A stretch of DNA of 64,000 bases from Vulcanimicrobiota bacterium (GTDB lineage: Bacteria > Vulcanimicrobiota > Vulcanimicrobiia > Vulcanimicrobiales > Vulcanimicrobiaceae): NCBI GenBank assembly GCA_003135555.1, contig PLCF01000085.1, forward strand, positions 152,589 to 216,588. The letters are read 5' to 3'. The notes beneath the pieces were generated by a model, which saw only the letters and a list, made by a program, of their open reading frames with translations, made no database searches and had not been told where the DNA came from. Both the position numbers and the translations under genes were made by a program. Of this stretch, positions 47,796-57,162 are shown piece after piece (position 1 is the first letter of the stretch; each line of letters starts with the position of its first letter).

Positions 47796-48784
47796 GCGCG
47801 ACCTTCCATTGCGTACACCTGTTCAACGATCGCCAGCGCTGCGGCCGCGTCCTCGAAATTCGGCTGGGGCTCCCGGTCGAGGGCGATGTCGTCGAGAAAC
47901 GCCTGGTACTCCGCGGCCCAGGAGTCGTCTCCCATGGGGTACTCGTAGATCGTAGTCGGCGGCGGACCAAGTTGGGGCGTCATCGCATAGTACGAAAGGC
48001 GCTCGACGCCGTAGCTGCCGCCCAGGCCGCCGATCTCGAGCTTCCCGGTACGCCCGAAAATCTCGAACGAGAACAGATTCTTCCATTCAGTCCACGACGC
48101 GTGCAGCGAGGCGACCTGGCCGCGCGGCGTACGCAGCAGAAAGAACGCGTTGTCTTCGACCGGAGCGGCCCAGAAGTACGTCGGAACGGCGCCCGCGACG
48201 ACGCTGAAATCGCCGAGGAACCACCGTGCGAGGTCGACCAAGTGCATCCCCTGATCGATTGCCTCGCCGCCGCCCGAGACCTCGGGGACGAAGCGCCACT
48301 CTTTCTCGTAGCCAAGCCGACCGCCGTGGCCATAGCGGCCGCGGACGTGCGTGAGCTCGCCGATGCCGCCGCGGTCGACGATCTCGCGCGCTTGCCGAAA
48401 CGCCGGATGGTAGCGGTGATTGAAGCCCACGCGGACCTTGGCTCGGCTACGCGCAACCGCGGCGCGGACCGCGCCGAGCTCGCCGCTGCGGCGCGCCGCC
48501 GGTTTCTCGACCAACACCTGTTTCCCGGCGTCCGCTGCGGCAGCGGTGATCTCCGCCAGGACGTCGTGCGGGGTCGCGACCACGACCAGATCGATGTCCA
48601 TGCGAGTGACGATCTTGCGCCAGTCGGACGCCGGCTCGGCGCCACACGCAGTCGCAAGCGCTGCTGCTCGCGATCCGTTCGAATCGCACACTGCGCGCAA
48701 GCTTCCGGGCGGCATCGCGCGCGCGCGCTTCTGACCGATCAGGCCACAGCCGACGATCGCGGCCCTCGGGATCACCAGCTCCAT
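47792..48784 (-). CDS. Gfo/Idh/MocA-family oxidoreductase
   Basis: 'VGCGLIG', 'VATPH', 'VEKP', 'GFNHRYHP', 'GGGEAIDQGMH'. Confidence 0.9.
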   Translation of the reverse strand: MELVIPRAAIVGCGLIGQKRARAMPPGSLRAVCDSNGSRAAALATACGAEPASDWRKIVTRMDIDLVVVATPHDVLAEITAAAADAGKQVLVEKPAARRSGELGAVRAAVARSRAKVRVGFNHRYHPAFRQAREIVDRGGIGELTHVRGRYGHGGRLGYEKEWRFVPEVSGGGEAIDQGMHLVDLARWFLGDFSVVAGAVPTYFWAAPVEDNAFFLLRTPRGQVASLHASWTEWKNLFSFEIFGRTGKLEIGGLGGSYGVERLSYYAMTPQLGPPPTTIYEYPMGDDSWAAEYQAFLDDIALDREPQPNFEDAAAALAIVEQVYAMEGRA

Positions 48785-49623
48785 CCTCGGTCTTCCGGGA
48801 CGATCCTGCGCAGCGTTAGAACGTCACCGTCGAGCTGCTCTCGCCGCGCCGGGAACGTTCGCCACGGGTCCCAGGGTGCGGACACGAGCTTCCCGGTAAT
48901 GCCGTCGGCGTCGCGCGAGGCGAGAAAGACGCACAGCTCGGCGCCCAGCGTGAGCGGCGTTCCGCCGCTCTCGCGCTGCTTGAGCGACGCCTCGTAGAAG
49001 GCGTCTCCGACGGTCGCGGGACCCGCTGCGAGCACTTCGTGCAGGAGCCGCGTATTGAGCGCGCCGGGCGCGACCATGTTGACGTCGATGCCGGCCTCGC
49101 GCAGCTCTTCGGCAAGCGTCTCGCCGTAGCGCACGACGCCGGCCTTGGAGGCCGCGTACGCACTCAGGAAAGGCAGCGGCTTTGTCGCCCCCCCGCCGGA
49201 GAGGATCACAATCTTTCCCCGCGCGCTCCGCCGCAGCGCCGGCAATGCGGCACGGGTACAGTAGACGGCGCCGAGCAGATTGATGTGGATCGCATCGACC
49301 CAGCCGCGCCAGTCGACGTCTTCGATCCCGCCCATCGGTCCGTAGATGCCGGCGTTCACGATCAGCGCGTCGAGGCCGCCGAACGCGCTGGTGACGGCGG
49401 CGACGAGCGCGTCGACGTCTTCCTCGCGCGACACATCGGCGACGCGCGCTTCGATCCGCACGCCGGGATGCTGCTCGCGCAACGCATTCGCGGCGCGCTC
49501 GAGGCCGGCCACCTCACGTGCGCAAATTGCGACATCCGCACCCGCCATGGCGAACGAGTCCGCAATCGCGAGGCCGATCCCCTGCGATGCGCCAGTAACT
49601 AGGACGCGCTGCGGTGCGCTCAC
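48772..49623 (-). CDS. Classical short-chain dehydrogenase/reductase
   Basis: 'TGASQGIG', 'VNAG', 'SAYAASK', 'VAPG'. Confidence 0.9.
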   Translation of the reverse strand: MSAPQRVLVTGASQGIGLAIADSFAMAGADVAICAREVAGLERAANALREQHPGVRIEARVADVSREEDVDALVAAVTSAFGGLDALIVNAGIYGPMGGIEDVDWRGWVDAIHINLLGAVYCTRAALPALRRSARGKIVILSGGGATKPLPFLSAYAASKAGVVRYGETLAEELREAGIDVNMVAPGALNTRLLHEVLAAGPATVGDAFYEASLKQRESGGTPLTLGAELCVFLASRDADGITGKLVSAPWDPWRTFPARREQLDGDVLTLRRIVPEDRGWSW

Positions 49624-50912
49624 TCGGACACTTCCGCGGCGCCCGCCCCGCGTCCGAACGCGACATACTGCAAGGCCGTCGTTGCGCCCAAGGACTCTTC
49701 GAGGAATCGTGCCTGGTCGACGACGATACGCCGGCGCATCATCTCGAACACCGCGGGCGGAATCTCCCGGAACGCCGGCCACCCCGTAGAGATAACCGCC
49801 GCGTCCGCGCCCGCCAAGGCTGCGGCGGCCGAGGGGACGAGCTCGGCGATTCCTGCGAGCCGCCCGTCGCCGGCCGCGATCGCCGGATCGTAGGCTACGA
49901 GCGCGACCCCATCGGCGCGCAGCCGGTGCGCCAGCGCGACCGCGTTCGACCCGCGCAGCGTGTCGGTGCCGGGTTTGTAGACGAGCCCAAGAAGTGCGAC
50001 ACGTGGCGAAGGCACATCGCGCAGTGCCTCGCGCACGCGCTCGTACGTCCAGTTCCGGTGCTGGGAGTTGCTTGCCGCAGTGGCTCGAATTTGTTGTACG
50101 GGCACCCCCGTGCGGCCGGCGAGCGCAGCGAGAAAAATCAGGTCGCGGGCCAGGGTCCCTCCGGCGAATGCCTCTCCGGCGCGAACATACGCCTTCGGGC
50201 CGATGCGAAGATCGCTCTTGAGGCCGCGCTCCACGTCGCGCGCATCGGCGTCGGTCCGCTCGCATATCGCCGCGAGCTCGTTCGCGAATACGACCGAAGT
50301 CGCCAGGAACGCATTTATCGCGTGCTTCGTCATCTCCGCCGACTCGACGTTCATGGCGACTATCGCCGGCGCGAACGCGCGTAGCGCGCGCTGTATCGTT
50401 TCGAGGGCACGTGGCTCGCGCGTGCCGACGACGAACCGGTCGGGCGAGCGGAAGTACGCGATCGCCGACCCCAGCCGCAAATTCTCCGGAACCGCGGCGA
50501 ACGCAAAGCGGCCGCCGAGCCGGTGCTCGAGCTCGGCGACGCTCCCGACGGGAAGCTGCGACGAGACGGCGACGACAGCGCCGCCCGGCAACGCGGAGAG
50601 CAGGTTCGTAGCGCGCTCGAGCACCCTATCCACGTCGGGCCGGTCGGCGTCGTCGATCGGCGTGTCATAGCAAATCCACACGAGCTCTGCATGTGCCGCC
50701 GCCTCCGCATCGGCGCGAAAGACGAGACGGCCCGCGGCGCTTTGCGCTGCGATGAGTTCGCCCAGTCCAGGTTCCTCGACCGGAAGGCGGCCGGCCTCGA
50801 TCTCCGCGACGACCTTTGGCTCGTCGAGCGCAACGACATCATGCCCCTCGGCGGCGAGGCACGCTGCGGTCACCGTCCCGAGGTGCCACAATCCGGCAAC
50901 GGCGATCTTCAC
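49620..50912 (-). CDS. UDP-glucose/GDP-mannose dehydrogenase-family protein lacking the catalytic Cys
   Basis: 'GLWHLG', 'PENLRLG', 'AEMTKHAINAFLA', 'GLVYKPGTDTLR'. Has 'AGGTLARD' where Ugd has GGSCFPKD. Confidence 0.8.
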   Translation of the reverse strand: MKIAVAGLWHLGTVTAACLAAEGHDVVALDEPKVVAEIEAGRLPVEEPGLGELIAAQSAAGRLVFRADAEAAAHAELVWICYDTPIDDADRPDVDRVLERATNLLSALPGGAVVAVSSQLPVGSVAELEHRLGGRFAFAAVPENLRLGSAIAYFRSPDRFVVGTREPRALETIQRALRAFAPAIVAMNVESAEMTKHAINAFLATSVVFANELAAICERTDADARDVERGLKSDLRIGPKAYVRAGEAFAGGTLARDLIFLAALAGRTGVPVQQIRATAASNSQHRNWTYERVREALRDVPSPRVALLGLVYKPGTDTLRGSNAVALAHRLRADGVALVAYDPAIAAGDGRLAGIAELVPSAAAALAGADAAVISTGWPAFREIPPAVFEMMRRRIVVDQARFLEESLGATTALQYVAFGRGAGAAEVSE

Positions 50913-51622
50913 TCGGGCTTCCGGAAAGCGATCGTGATGAAATGCGCGTGCGTCGCGTCGAGGCGGCCGACGCTCGGAGGCAGTGGATGATAGCCCGCCC
51001 CGAGCGCGCGAACGAGTTGCAGCCCGTGCAGCGTGCCGAGTTCGATCAGGCCCCGCAAACTGAAGATGCGATGGTGCTGCATCGGAAACGGCCAGCCTTC
51101 GTCACCGCGTCGAAGGGCGAGCGGATTCCCGACGCCGGCTGCCAGGCCGCTGACATTGGTCAGAGAGAACGCTTGCCAGCCAAGCACAAGCGCGCCGATG
51201 TTGTGCCAGCTCGAGGCGTTCTCGGTCGAGACGATGACGAGGCCGCCCGGCTTCGCGATCCGAGCGTTCTCTGCGACGAAGAGGTCCGTGTCGTAAAGGT
51301 GTTCGATCACTTGATTGCTCACGACGAGGTCGAAGCTGTCCGCGGGAAACGGCAGGTGCGCGTTGAGGTCCGCTTCCGCGACGGTGAACCCGCGCCCGGT
51401 CGCTGCGCGCACGTGCGGATCGAAGACTTCGACGACCGACACGGACTCAGGCTCGAGGTCACGGGCGAGACGCACGGTGAGCGCTCCGTCACCGCAGCCG
51501 AGATCGACCATCGTCCCGCCCCGGCGAAACCCCGCTGTTTTGGCGAGCTCGGCGATGTTCCGCTCGTTGAGGGCGATCGCCTCATCCATTAGCCGCAGTC
51601 CCCAGGTCTTGAAGTTATGCAC
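50909..51622 (-). CDS. Class I SAM-dependent methyltransferase
   Basis: 'VDLGCGDG', 'LPFPADSFD', 'NQVIEHL', 'STEN..SWHN'. Start could be the ATG at 51589. Confidence 0.8.
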   Translation of the reverse strand: MHNFKTWGLRLMDEAIALNERNIAELAKTAGFRRGGTMVDLGCGDGALTVRLARDLEPESVSVVEVFDPHVRAATGRGFTVAEADLNAHLPFPADSFDLVVSNQVIEHLYDTDLFVAENARIAKPGGLVIVSTENASSWHNIGALVLGWQAFSLTNVSGLAAGVGNPLALRRGDEGWPFPMQHHRIFSLRGLIELGTLHGLQLVRALGAGYHPLPPSVGRLDATHAHFITIAFRKPE

Positions 51623-51859
51623 GAGCGTTCATCTTCGAGGCGAAAGTCGGAACTCCAAACAAGTCGCCTGCACGACGATGCCCTGCGACGCGCGACGCGG
51701 GTACTGAGCGACCCTTACGATAGTACTGCAAGAGAAGTTGTCCAGTCGATTTGCAAACTCGGCCCGCGTCGACGCATTCCGATGAGCTTTCAGCGCGATT
51801 TCCGGGGCTCGGCACGATGCCCTTCCTCTCGTTTTTAACAATGCCGCCGTCGCCGCGAG

Positions 51860-52744
51860 GTGCGGGAGGGTCGATGCAGGCCGTCGTATCCTGTCGCTCC
51901 GATGCCGCCGACCCCTGGGCGCTCTCAGCCTCGCGTTACGATTCCGCCCGCGACGAGCGTATATGGAAACGTCGAACAGCACGCAGCCGCAGGCGACGGC
52001 GGCCTGCCGGCGCCAAGCGCCCGCCACAGCACAACGGCCGGCTCGGCCCACCCCCCGAAACCGTTTGCCGACCTTGCCATCGTTATCCCCGCATATGGCG
52101 AGGAGGGCAGCATCCGGGACGTCGTTGCCTCCCTTCGGGAATTCAACCCCGATGCCGTGGTCGTGGTCGTCGACGACGGATCGCGGGACGCGACTGCGGA
52201 CGCCGCGTTTGATGCGGGCGCGTTCGTGCTGCGGCATCCGATCAACCTTGGACAAGGAGCAGCGCTCCACACCGGCATCCGGTACGCCGTTCGGCGCGGA
52301 GCATCGATTGTCTGTACCTTCGACGCCGATGGTCAGCACGATCCTAGCTCGATACCCGCTATGCGCAGTCTACTGGACGATAGTCAAGCCGACGTCGTCC
52401 TGGGCTCGCGGTTCTTGGCCGAGAAACAATATGTCCCGCCGGTCCGGCGTGCGATGCTGAAAATGGCGCTTGCATTTACAAGGCTGCACACGGGTCTCGC
52501 GCTGACCGATACCCACAACGGTCTGCGGCTGATGCGCGCCCACGCGGCGCTGCTGATGCTGCCGCGTCAGGCCGGGATGGCGCACGCGTCGGAAATGCTC
52601 GACCTCATTGCGACCCACCGGCTCCGGTATGTCGAGATTCCGAGCGAGGTCAAGTATACCGGGTATTCGATGCGGAAGGGACAGCGCTCGTTCAACGCTG
52701 TGAAGATCATCTTCGAACTCGCGTACCGGCGCCTCACGAGGTAA
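51860..52744 (+). CDS. GT2 DPM-synthase-like glycosyltransferase (true start uncertain, probably downstream)
   Basis: 'VIPAYGEE', 'VDDGSRD', 'HPINLGQGAAL.TG', 'FDADGQHD', 'GSRF', 'DTHNGLR'. Confidence 0.85.
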   Translation: MREGRCRPSYPVAPMPPTPGRSQPRVTIPPATSVYGNVEQHAAAGDGGLPAPSARHSTTAGSAHPPKPFADLAIVIPAYGEEGSIRDVVASLREFNPDAVVVVVDDGSRDATADAAFDAGAFVLRHPINLGQGAALHTGIRYAVRRGASIVCTFDADGQHDPSSIPAMRSLLDDSQADVVLGSRFLAEKQYVPPVRRAMLKMALAFTRLHTGLALTDTHNGLRLMRAHAALLMLPRQAGMAHASEMLDLIATHRLRYVEIPSEVKYTGYSMRKGQRSFNAVKIIFELAYRRLTR

Positions 52745-52748
52745 CGCG

Positions 52749-53117
52749 ATGATCGTAAGCGTGCTCGTACTCTGCTTCATCATCATCGCGATCTACGTAG
52801 GAAGCCATCGGCTCAACGGCGTGCAGACGATCGCGGTGATTCTGTTCTTTCTCGTCGGTGTCGTGGTCGTCGTGTTCCCTACCGTCGCCGCCGGCATTGC
52901 CGAGCATCTTGGCGTAGGCCGCGGGGTCGATCTCGTCCTGTACCTCAGCGTCGTGGGCGGCTTGTTCGTCGCTGCGAACTTCTATTTCCGCATCAAGAGC
53001 CAAGAGGACATGCTCGGTACAATGGCGCGCGAGATCGCGCTGATGGCGCCGCGGGAGCACACGGTCCATGCCGCGCCGCCCGCGGGCGACAGGCCGGCGC
53101 CCGAAGCATCCAGTTGA
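52749..53117 (+). CDS. DUF2304-like small membrane protein
   Basis: Three TM segments, 'FP......A..LGVGRGVDLVLY', 'REIAL'; typical neighbour of this GT2 type. Confidence 0.75.
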   Translation: MIVSVLVLCFIIIAIYVGSHRLNGVQTIAVILFFLVGVVVVVFPTVAAGIAEHLGVGRGVDLVLYLSVVGGLFVAANFYFRIKSQEDMLGTMAREIALMAPREHTVHAAPPAGDRPAPEASS

Positions 53118-53121
53118 GCAT

Positions 53122-55233
53122 TTAGTCCACGACTTTGAGGAGCTCGACGGTCGTGCGTGTTCCGGGCTGCAGCTGTTCGGTGACGAGCCTCAGGTGCTTC
53201 CACAGTGGAGTAGCGCGCATTCCGCCAAGAGCCTCCTTCCAAACGACGACATACGTGCAGCCGGCATCACTGAGTCGCGCGTACGCATCCGGCGACGCCA
53301 GAGTCCATTCGTTGAGCGCTGCTGGGCCACCGTAGTTTGTTCCATTGAAGATCTCGGTCTGGCTGTACATGTTCATGAACTGCAGGTTGACGGCGTCGTA
53401 GATTTTGTCGCGCTGCGGGTCCAAGTGAGCGTTCGCGTACTCCAATATCGGCGCATCTTGCAACATGATCCCGCGCTCTGGCAGATTCTCATAGAGGTAT
53501 GCAAAATTCAGGTACTGGGTGCCCATTACGGCCGGCGATGTCGCCCCGCGCTGGAGCCGCGTCACCAGCCCGTTTCCGAGTGCAGAGAAGATCAGAATGG
53601 ACGCGATGAGGCCCACCTGCGCTAGGCGCGCCCCGCGCCAATCCTGGCCGAGTACGGCGTACCCTATCAAGAGGGCGACAACCGGAAGCGCGGTTTCAAG
53701 GTAACGAAACTCGACGGCGCCGCTGACGAGGACGAGCGCCGTAAACCACGCGGCGAAAGCGGATATCGGACGGATCACCTCCGTGCCCCGCCGCGCGAAG
53801 AACGGCAGGGCGGCCCAAATTGGCAGAAGCGCCAGCCAAAGGGGGCCTGGAAGGTCGCGGAACTTCAACGGGTCCATCGTCATCGCCCAAGGCAGCGAGA
53901 CGAGGTTGGCCGGATCGAGCGTCTCCATGAGTCGCCCACTGAAGGTGTTCGAAACATTCGCGCCCATTGTCGCCGCACCGTACTGAGAATGGAAAATTCC
54001 CGGCGCAAGCGGAAAAATCGGATCCCCGATCATCCATTGAGCCGTAACGAGCGCAGGAGCGGCAGCCAGCAGCGCGCAACCCGCATACGACAAGAGCTGC
54101 GCCAGCAGAGCCCTTCTCGGCGCCTGCCGCCTTTGCAGGACACGCAAGGCAACAATTCCGAGCGCGATCACGGCGAACGCGCCGAACGTCTTGATACCGT
54201 AGGTAATCCCCAGAAAAAATCCGGCGCCGCCCAATGCAAGCTTCGACTCCGTGCGTTGCCACGAAAGATAGCAATGCAGCGCCAGGATGACGAATGGAAC
54301 AGCCCCGAGGTCGTTCTTCGCGGTCGTCGCAGACCACGCGACAACGGGTGAAGCGAAGAGGATTAGGGCAGCGGTCTCGCCGATCGCGCTCGACGAGAAC
54401 CACGCTCGGGAGAACGCGATCAGTGCCAGCACGGTCATAACCGCCCCGCCCCAAGCAATGAGCTTGGCACCAATGGCCCCGACGAGGACCCACTCGAACG
54501 CGTAAACCGTTTCTTGATAGTGCGGCAGTGCGAAGGCCCAGATGCGTTCCGACGCGACGAGATTGAAAAAGCCATGGTGCTGCGCGTACCGGAACGCCTC
54601 GGCAAGATGGTAATAGCGTGCGTCGAAGCCAACCTCGGGCGTGAGTGCGGCCAACAAGCTCACGTAGAGAGAAGCTGCCAGCAGTACCCAAATCAATGCA
54701 GTTAGGAGGCGCGGCACGCGGACGGTGTCCTTGAGCCGCGGCGCATTGCGCAGCCAGCGCCAGACGGAGAACGTCGAGAACGCGAACCCCCCGAGCAAGA
54801 GCGGAACTTCGAACCGCCGATGCAGCAGATGTAGGGTTGCGAGCAGATAGGCAACCGCGATGAGCACGGCTAGGCCGGCAACCATGCCGAATGCGATTCG
54901 GTCGAATGCGTCGCGAGCTGGAATGCGAAATGCGCGCAGCAATGCATCTCCGGGGCCGATCCCCGCACCGAATGTAAGGGCGAGTGCCGAGACGAGCACC
55001 GCATTGCGAGGGATGTGGGTCAGAATCAAACCGAGGTGCGAAAGGTCGGCCCAAACGGCGCTACGGATAGCCGGATCGTCAAACGCATAAACGTGGATGG
55101 CGATCACAACGGCCCAGATCGGCAACAGGGCCGCGCCGAAGACTGCGAATCGACCCCATCGGCTGTCCAATATCGGCGTTGCGTGCAGCGGCTCGTCGGG
55201 CTGCGGGCCGCCGCGGATACTCGGCGGGGCCAA
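53122..55233 (-). CDS. GT-C-fold membrane glycosyltransferase, paralog B
   Basis: Colinear with 25180-27288 ('PEVGFDARYYHLAEA', 'WSATTAKNDL', 'WMIGDPIFPLA'). Start uncertain. Confidence 0.7.
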   Translation of the reverse strand: MAPPSIRGGPQPDEPLHATPILDSRWGRFAVFGAALLPIWAVVIAIHVYAFDDPAIRSAVWADLSHLGLILTHIPRNAVLVSALALTFGAGIGPGDALLRAFRIPARDAFDRIAFGMVAGLAVLIAVAYLLATLHLLHRRFEVPLLLGGFAFSTFSVWRWLRNAPRLKDTVRVPRLLTALIWVLLAASLYVSLLAALTPEVGFDARYYHLAEAFRYAQHHGFFNLVASERIWAFALPHYQETVYAFEWVLVGAIGAKLIAWGGAVMTVLALIAFSRAWFSSSAIGETAALILFASPVVAWSATTAKNDLGAVPFVILALHCYLSWQRTESKLALGGAGFFLGITYGIKTFGAFAVIALGIVALRVLQRRQAPRRALLAQLLSYAGCALLAAAPALVTAQWMIGDPIFPLAPGIFHSQYGAATMGANVSNTFSGRLMETLDPANLVSLPWAMTMDPLKFRDLPGPLWLALLPIWAALPFFARRGTEVIRPISAFAAWFTALVLVSGAVEFRYLETALPVVALLIGYAVLGQDWRGARLAQVGLIASILIFSALGNGLVTRLQRGATSPAVMGTQYLNFAYLYENLPERGIMLQDAPILEYANAHLDPQRDKIYDAVNLQFMNMYSQTEIFNGTNYGGPAALNEWTLASPDAYARLSDAGCTYVVVWKEALGGMRATPLWKHLRLVTEQLQPGTRTTVELLKVVD

Positions 55234-55355
55234 CTTAGCGAACTCCGGATCCGGCAGAAAATTTCCCCTTGTCGTGCAGAAGGATCAGATTCGCGAAGCC
55301 TTCGCTCGAGTACGCCTTGGCTCTTGCGAGCCGATTGGTCTCGGCAGGGGCGACG

Positions 55356-56261
55356 TCAGCGCAGCGTCGCGGCGAACCCGATCTTGTTCGCGGCGCTGCG
55401 CCAGCGCAGGTGCAGGGTGTCGCCGGCGGCCTCGTAGAGCAGGTGCAGGCGGGTGACGATCTTCAAGCGCGCGATGCGCGCGGCGTGCGACCACCCGCGT
55501 GCCGCGGCGCGCTGCGCGATGAGATCGTACACCGCCGCCTCTTCGCGGAATCGGAACAGCGTCTTGTTGACCTGCGCCGTGTTCTGCGCCGGATGGCGCC
55601 GGTATTCGTACGCCGGCTCGTGGGTCCCGACGATCGTCCCGCCGCCGAAGAGGATGCGCGTGAAATACTCGAGGTCGGCGGCCTGGTACAGATCCTCCGG
55701 CCAGCGTTCGCCGGCGAGCCGCGAGCGCCGAAAGCACACCGTCGGTGCCATGATGAAGTCGGCCCGGGCCAGCGCCGCGACGCCGCCCTCGCCCGCGAGC
55801 ACGGCGGGTCCCGCGCCGTGCGAGACGATGAACCGCTTCACATAGTCGACGAACGAAAACACCGCTTCGCCCGCCGCGTCGATGATGCGCGCTCCGCAGT
55901 AGTAGGCCGCGGCATCGGGATAGTGCCGCGCGAGCGCGCGAATCGTCGTGAGATAGTTCGGTTTGATGCGGTCGTCGGCGTGCAGCAGCGCGACGAGATC
56001 GGTCTGGGCGCAGTCCATGGCCCGGTTGAAGCTGGCGCAGATGACGACGTGCGTTCCGAACGCACGCCAGGTCAGGCGCGGGTCGCCGAAGCTCGCGACG
56101 AGCGCCTGTGCCTCGGCCGCTGCAGCGGGATCGCGCGTGTTGTCCGAGACGATGAGCTGCCAATCCGCACCCTCGAGCCGCAGCGCGCTGGAGAGCGTTT
56201 CGTGCAAGTACCCGGTGCCGCCGGCGAACGGGACGACCAGGGTGATCGGTTCGGTCGTCAC
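55356..56261 (-). CDS. GT2 glycosyltransferase
   Basis: 'LIVSDN', 'LLHADD', 'AADLEY', 'YEYRRHP.Q.T'. Confidence 0.8.
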   Translation of the reverse strand: MTTEPITLVVPFAGGTGYLHETLSSALRLEGADWQLIVSDNTRDPAAAAEAQALVASFGDPRLTWRAFGTHVVICASFNRAMDCAQTDLVALLHADDRIKPNYLTTIRALARHYPDAAAYYCGARIIDAAGEAVFSFVDYVKRFIVSHGAGPAVLAGEGGVAALARADFIMAPTVCFRRSRLAGERWPEDLYQAADLEYFTRILFGGGTIVGTHEPAYEYRRHPAQNTAQVNKTLFRFREEAAVYDLIAQRAAARGWSHAARIARLKIVTRLHLLYEAAGDTLHLRWRSAANKIGFAATLR

Positions 56262-57160
56262 GAGCGTAGCGCGCCGGCGGCGACGAGGTCGACCTCGGCG
56301 CCGAGCCCAGCCTCGAAGTCCAGCTGCGGCGACCAGCCCAGCGCGCGCAGCGTGGCCGGCTCTGCGATCTGGGTGTCCGGTTCGAGCCCCGAGCGCGGGA
56401 TGGCGCCGAGACGCACCAGTTCGCGTCGTTGCAGCCGCCCGGCGATCGCGAAGAGCACGTCGGCGATCGAGCGGCCCGTCCCGGTACCGACGTTCGCGAT
56501 CCCATGGTGGTCCGCGCCCACCAGGAGCGCGAGCGCCGCGGCGACGTCGCTTACGTGCACGAAGTCACGCACTTGCCGGCCGTCCGTCGCCGCGAACGGT
56601 TCACCGCGCGCGAGCGCGAGCGCGGCCTGCGGAATCAGTCGGATCGCCGGCTCGCCTGCGCCGTACACGAGGAACAGCCGCGCCCAGCTCACGGGAAACC
56701 CCTCGCGCGCCCCGTACGCCAGCGCCAGGGAACCCACGGCCCATTTCGCCGCCGTGTAGAGCACCGCGGGTGCGGCCGGCGTCGTCTCCTCGCAGACGCC
56801 GCTGAAGCTCCCGTATTCGGCGTACGTTCCCGCCGCGACCACCCGCGTTCCGCCGTTGCCCCGGAAGGCTTCGAGCAGTCGCGCCCCGCCGGCGACCCAG
56901 CGCAGATTCTCCGCCGACGTCTTGTGATCGGCGAGCGTCGTACACCACGCCAGGTGCAGCAAATGCGTCGCGCGCACCCGACCGCACAGCGCCTCGACCG
57001 CACGCTCGTCGGTGAGGTCGCAGCGATGCGTCGTGGCTCCCGCCGGGCCGGCGCCGGCGGCCTGGACGACGGCGTGCACGTCGTAGCCTGCGGCGAGCAG
57101 CAACGGAACGACGGCGGATCCCACGAAGCCGTTCGCGCCCGTGACCAGGACGCGCGGCAT
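56258..57160 (-). CDS. NDP-4-keto-6-deoxyhexose reductase-like extended SDR
   Basis: 'VTGANGFVG', 'HLAW', 'AGTYAEYG', 'LYTAAK', 'WARLFLVYG.GE', 'QVRDFVHV'. Confidence 0.8.
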   Translation of the reverse strand: MPRVLVTGANGFVGSAVVPLLLAAGYDVHAVVQAAGAGPAGATTHRCDLTDERAVEALCGRVRATHLLHLAWCTTLADHKTSAENLRWVAGGARLLEAFRGNGGTRVVAAGTYAEYGSFSGVCEETTPAAPAVLYTAAKWAVGSLALAYGAREGFPVSWARLFLVYGAGEPAIRLIPQAALALARGEPFAATDGRQVRDFVHVSDVAAALALLVGADHHGIANVGTGTGRSIADVLFAIAGRLQRRELVRLGAIPRSGLEPDTQIAEPATLRALGWSPQLDFEAGLGAEVDLVAAGALRS

Positions 57161-57162
57161 CG

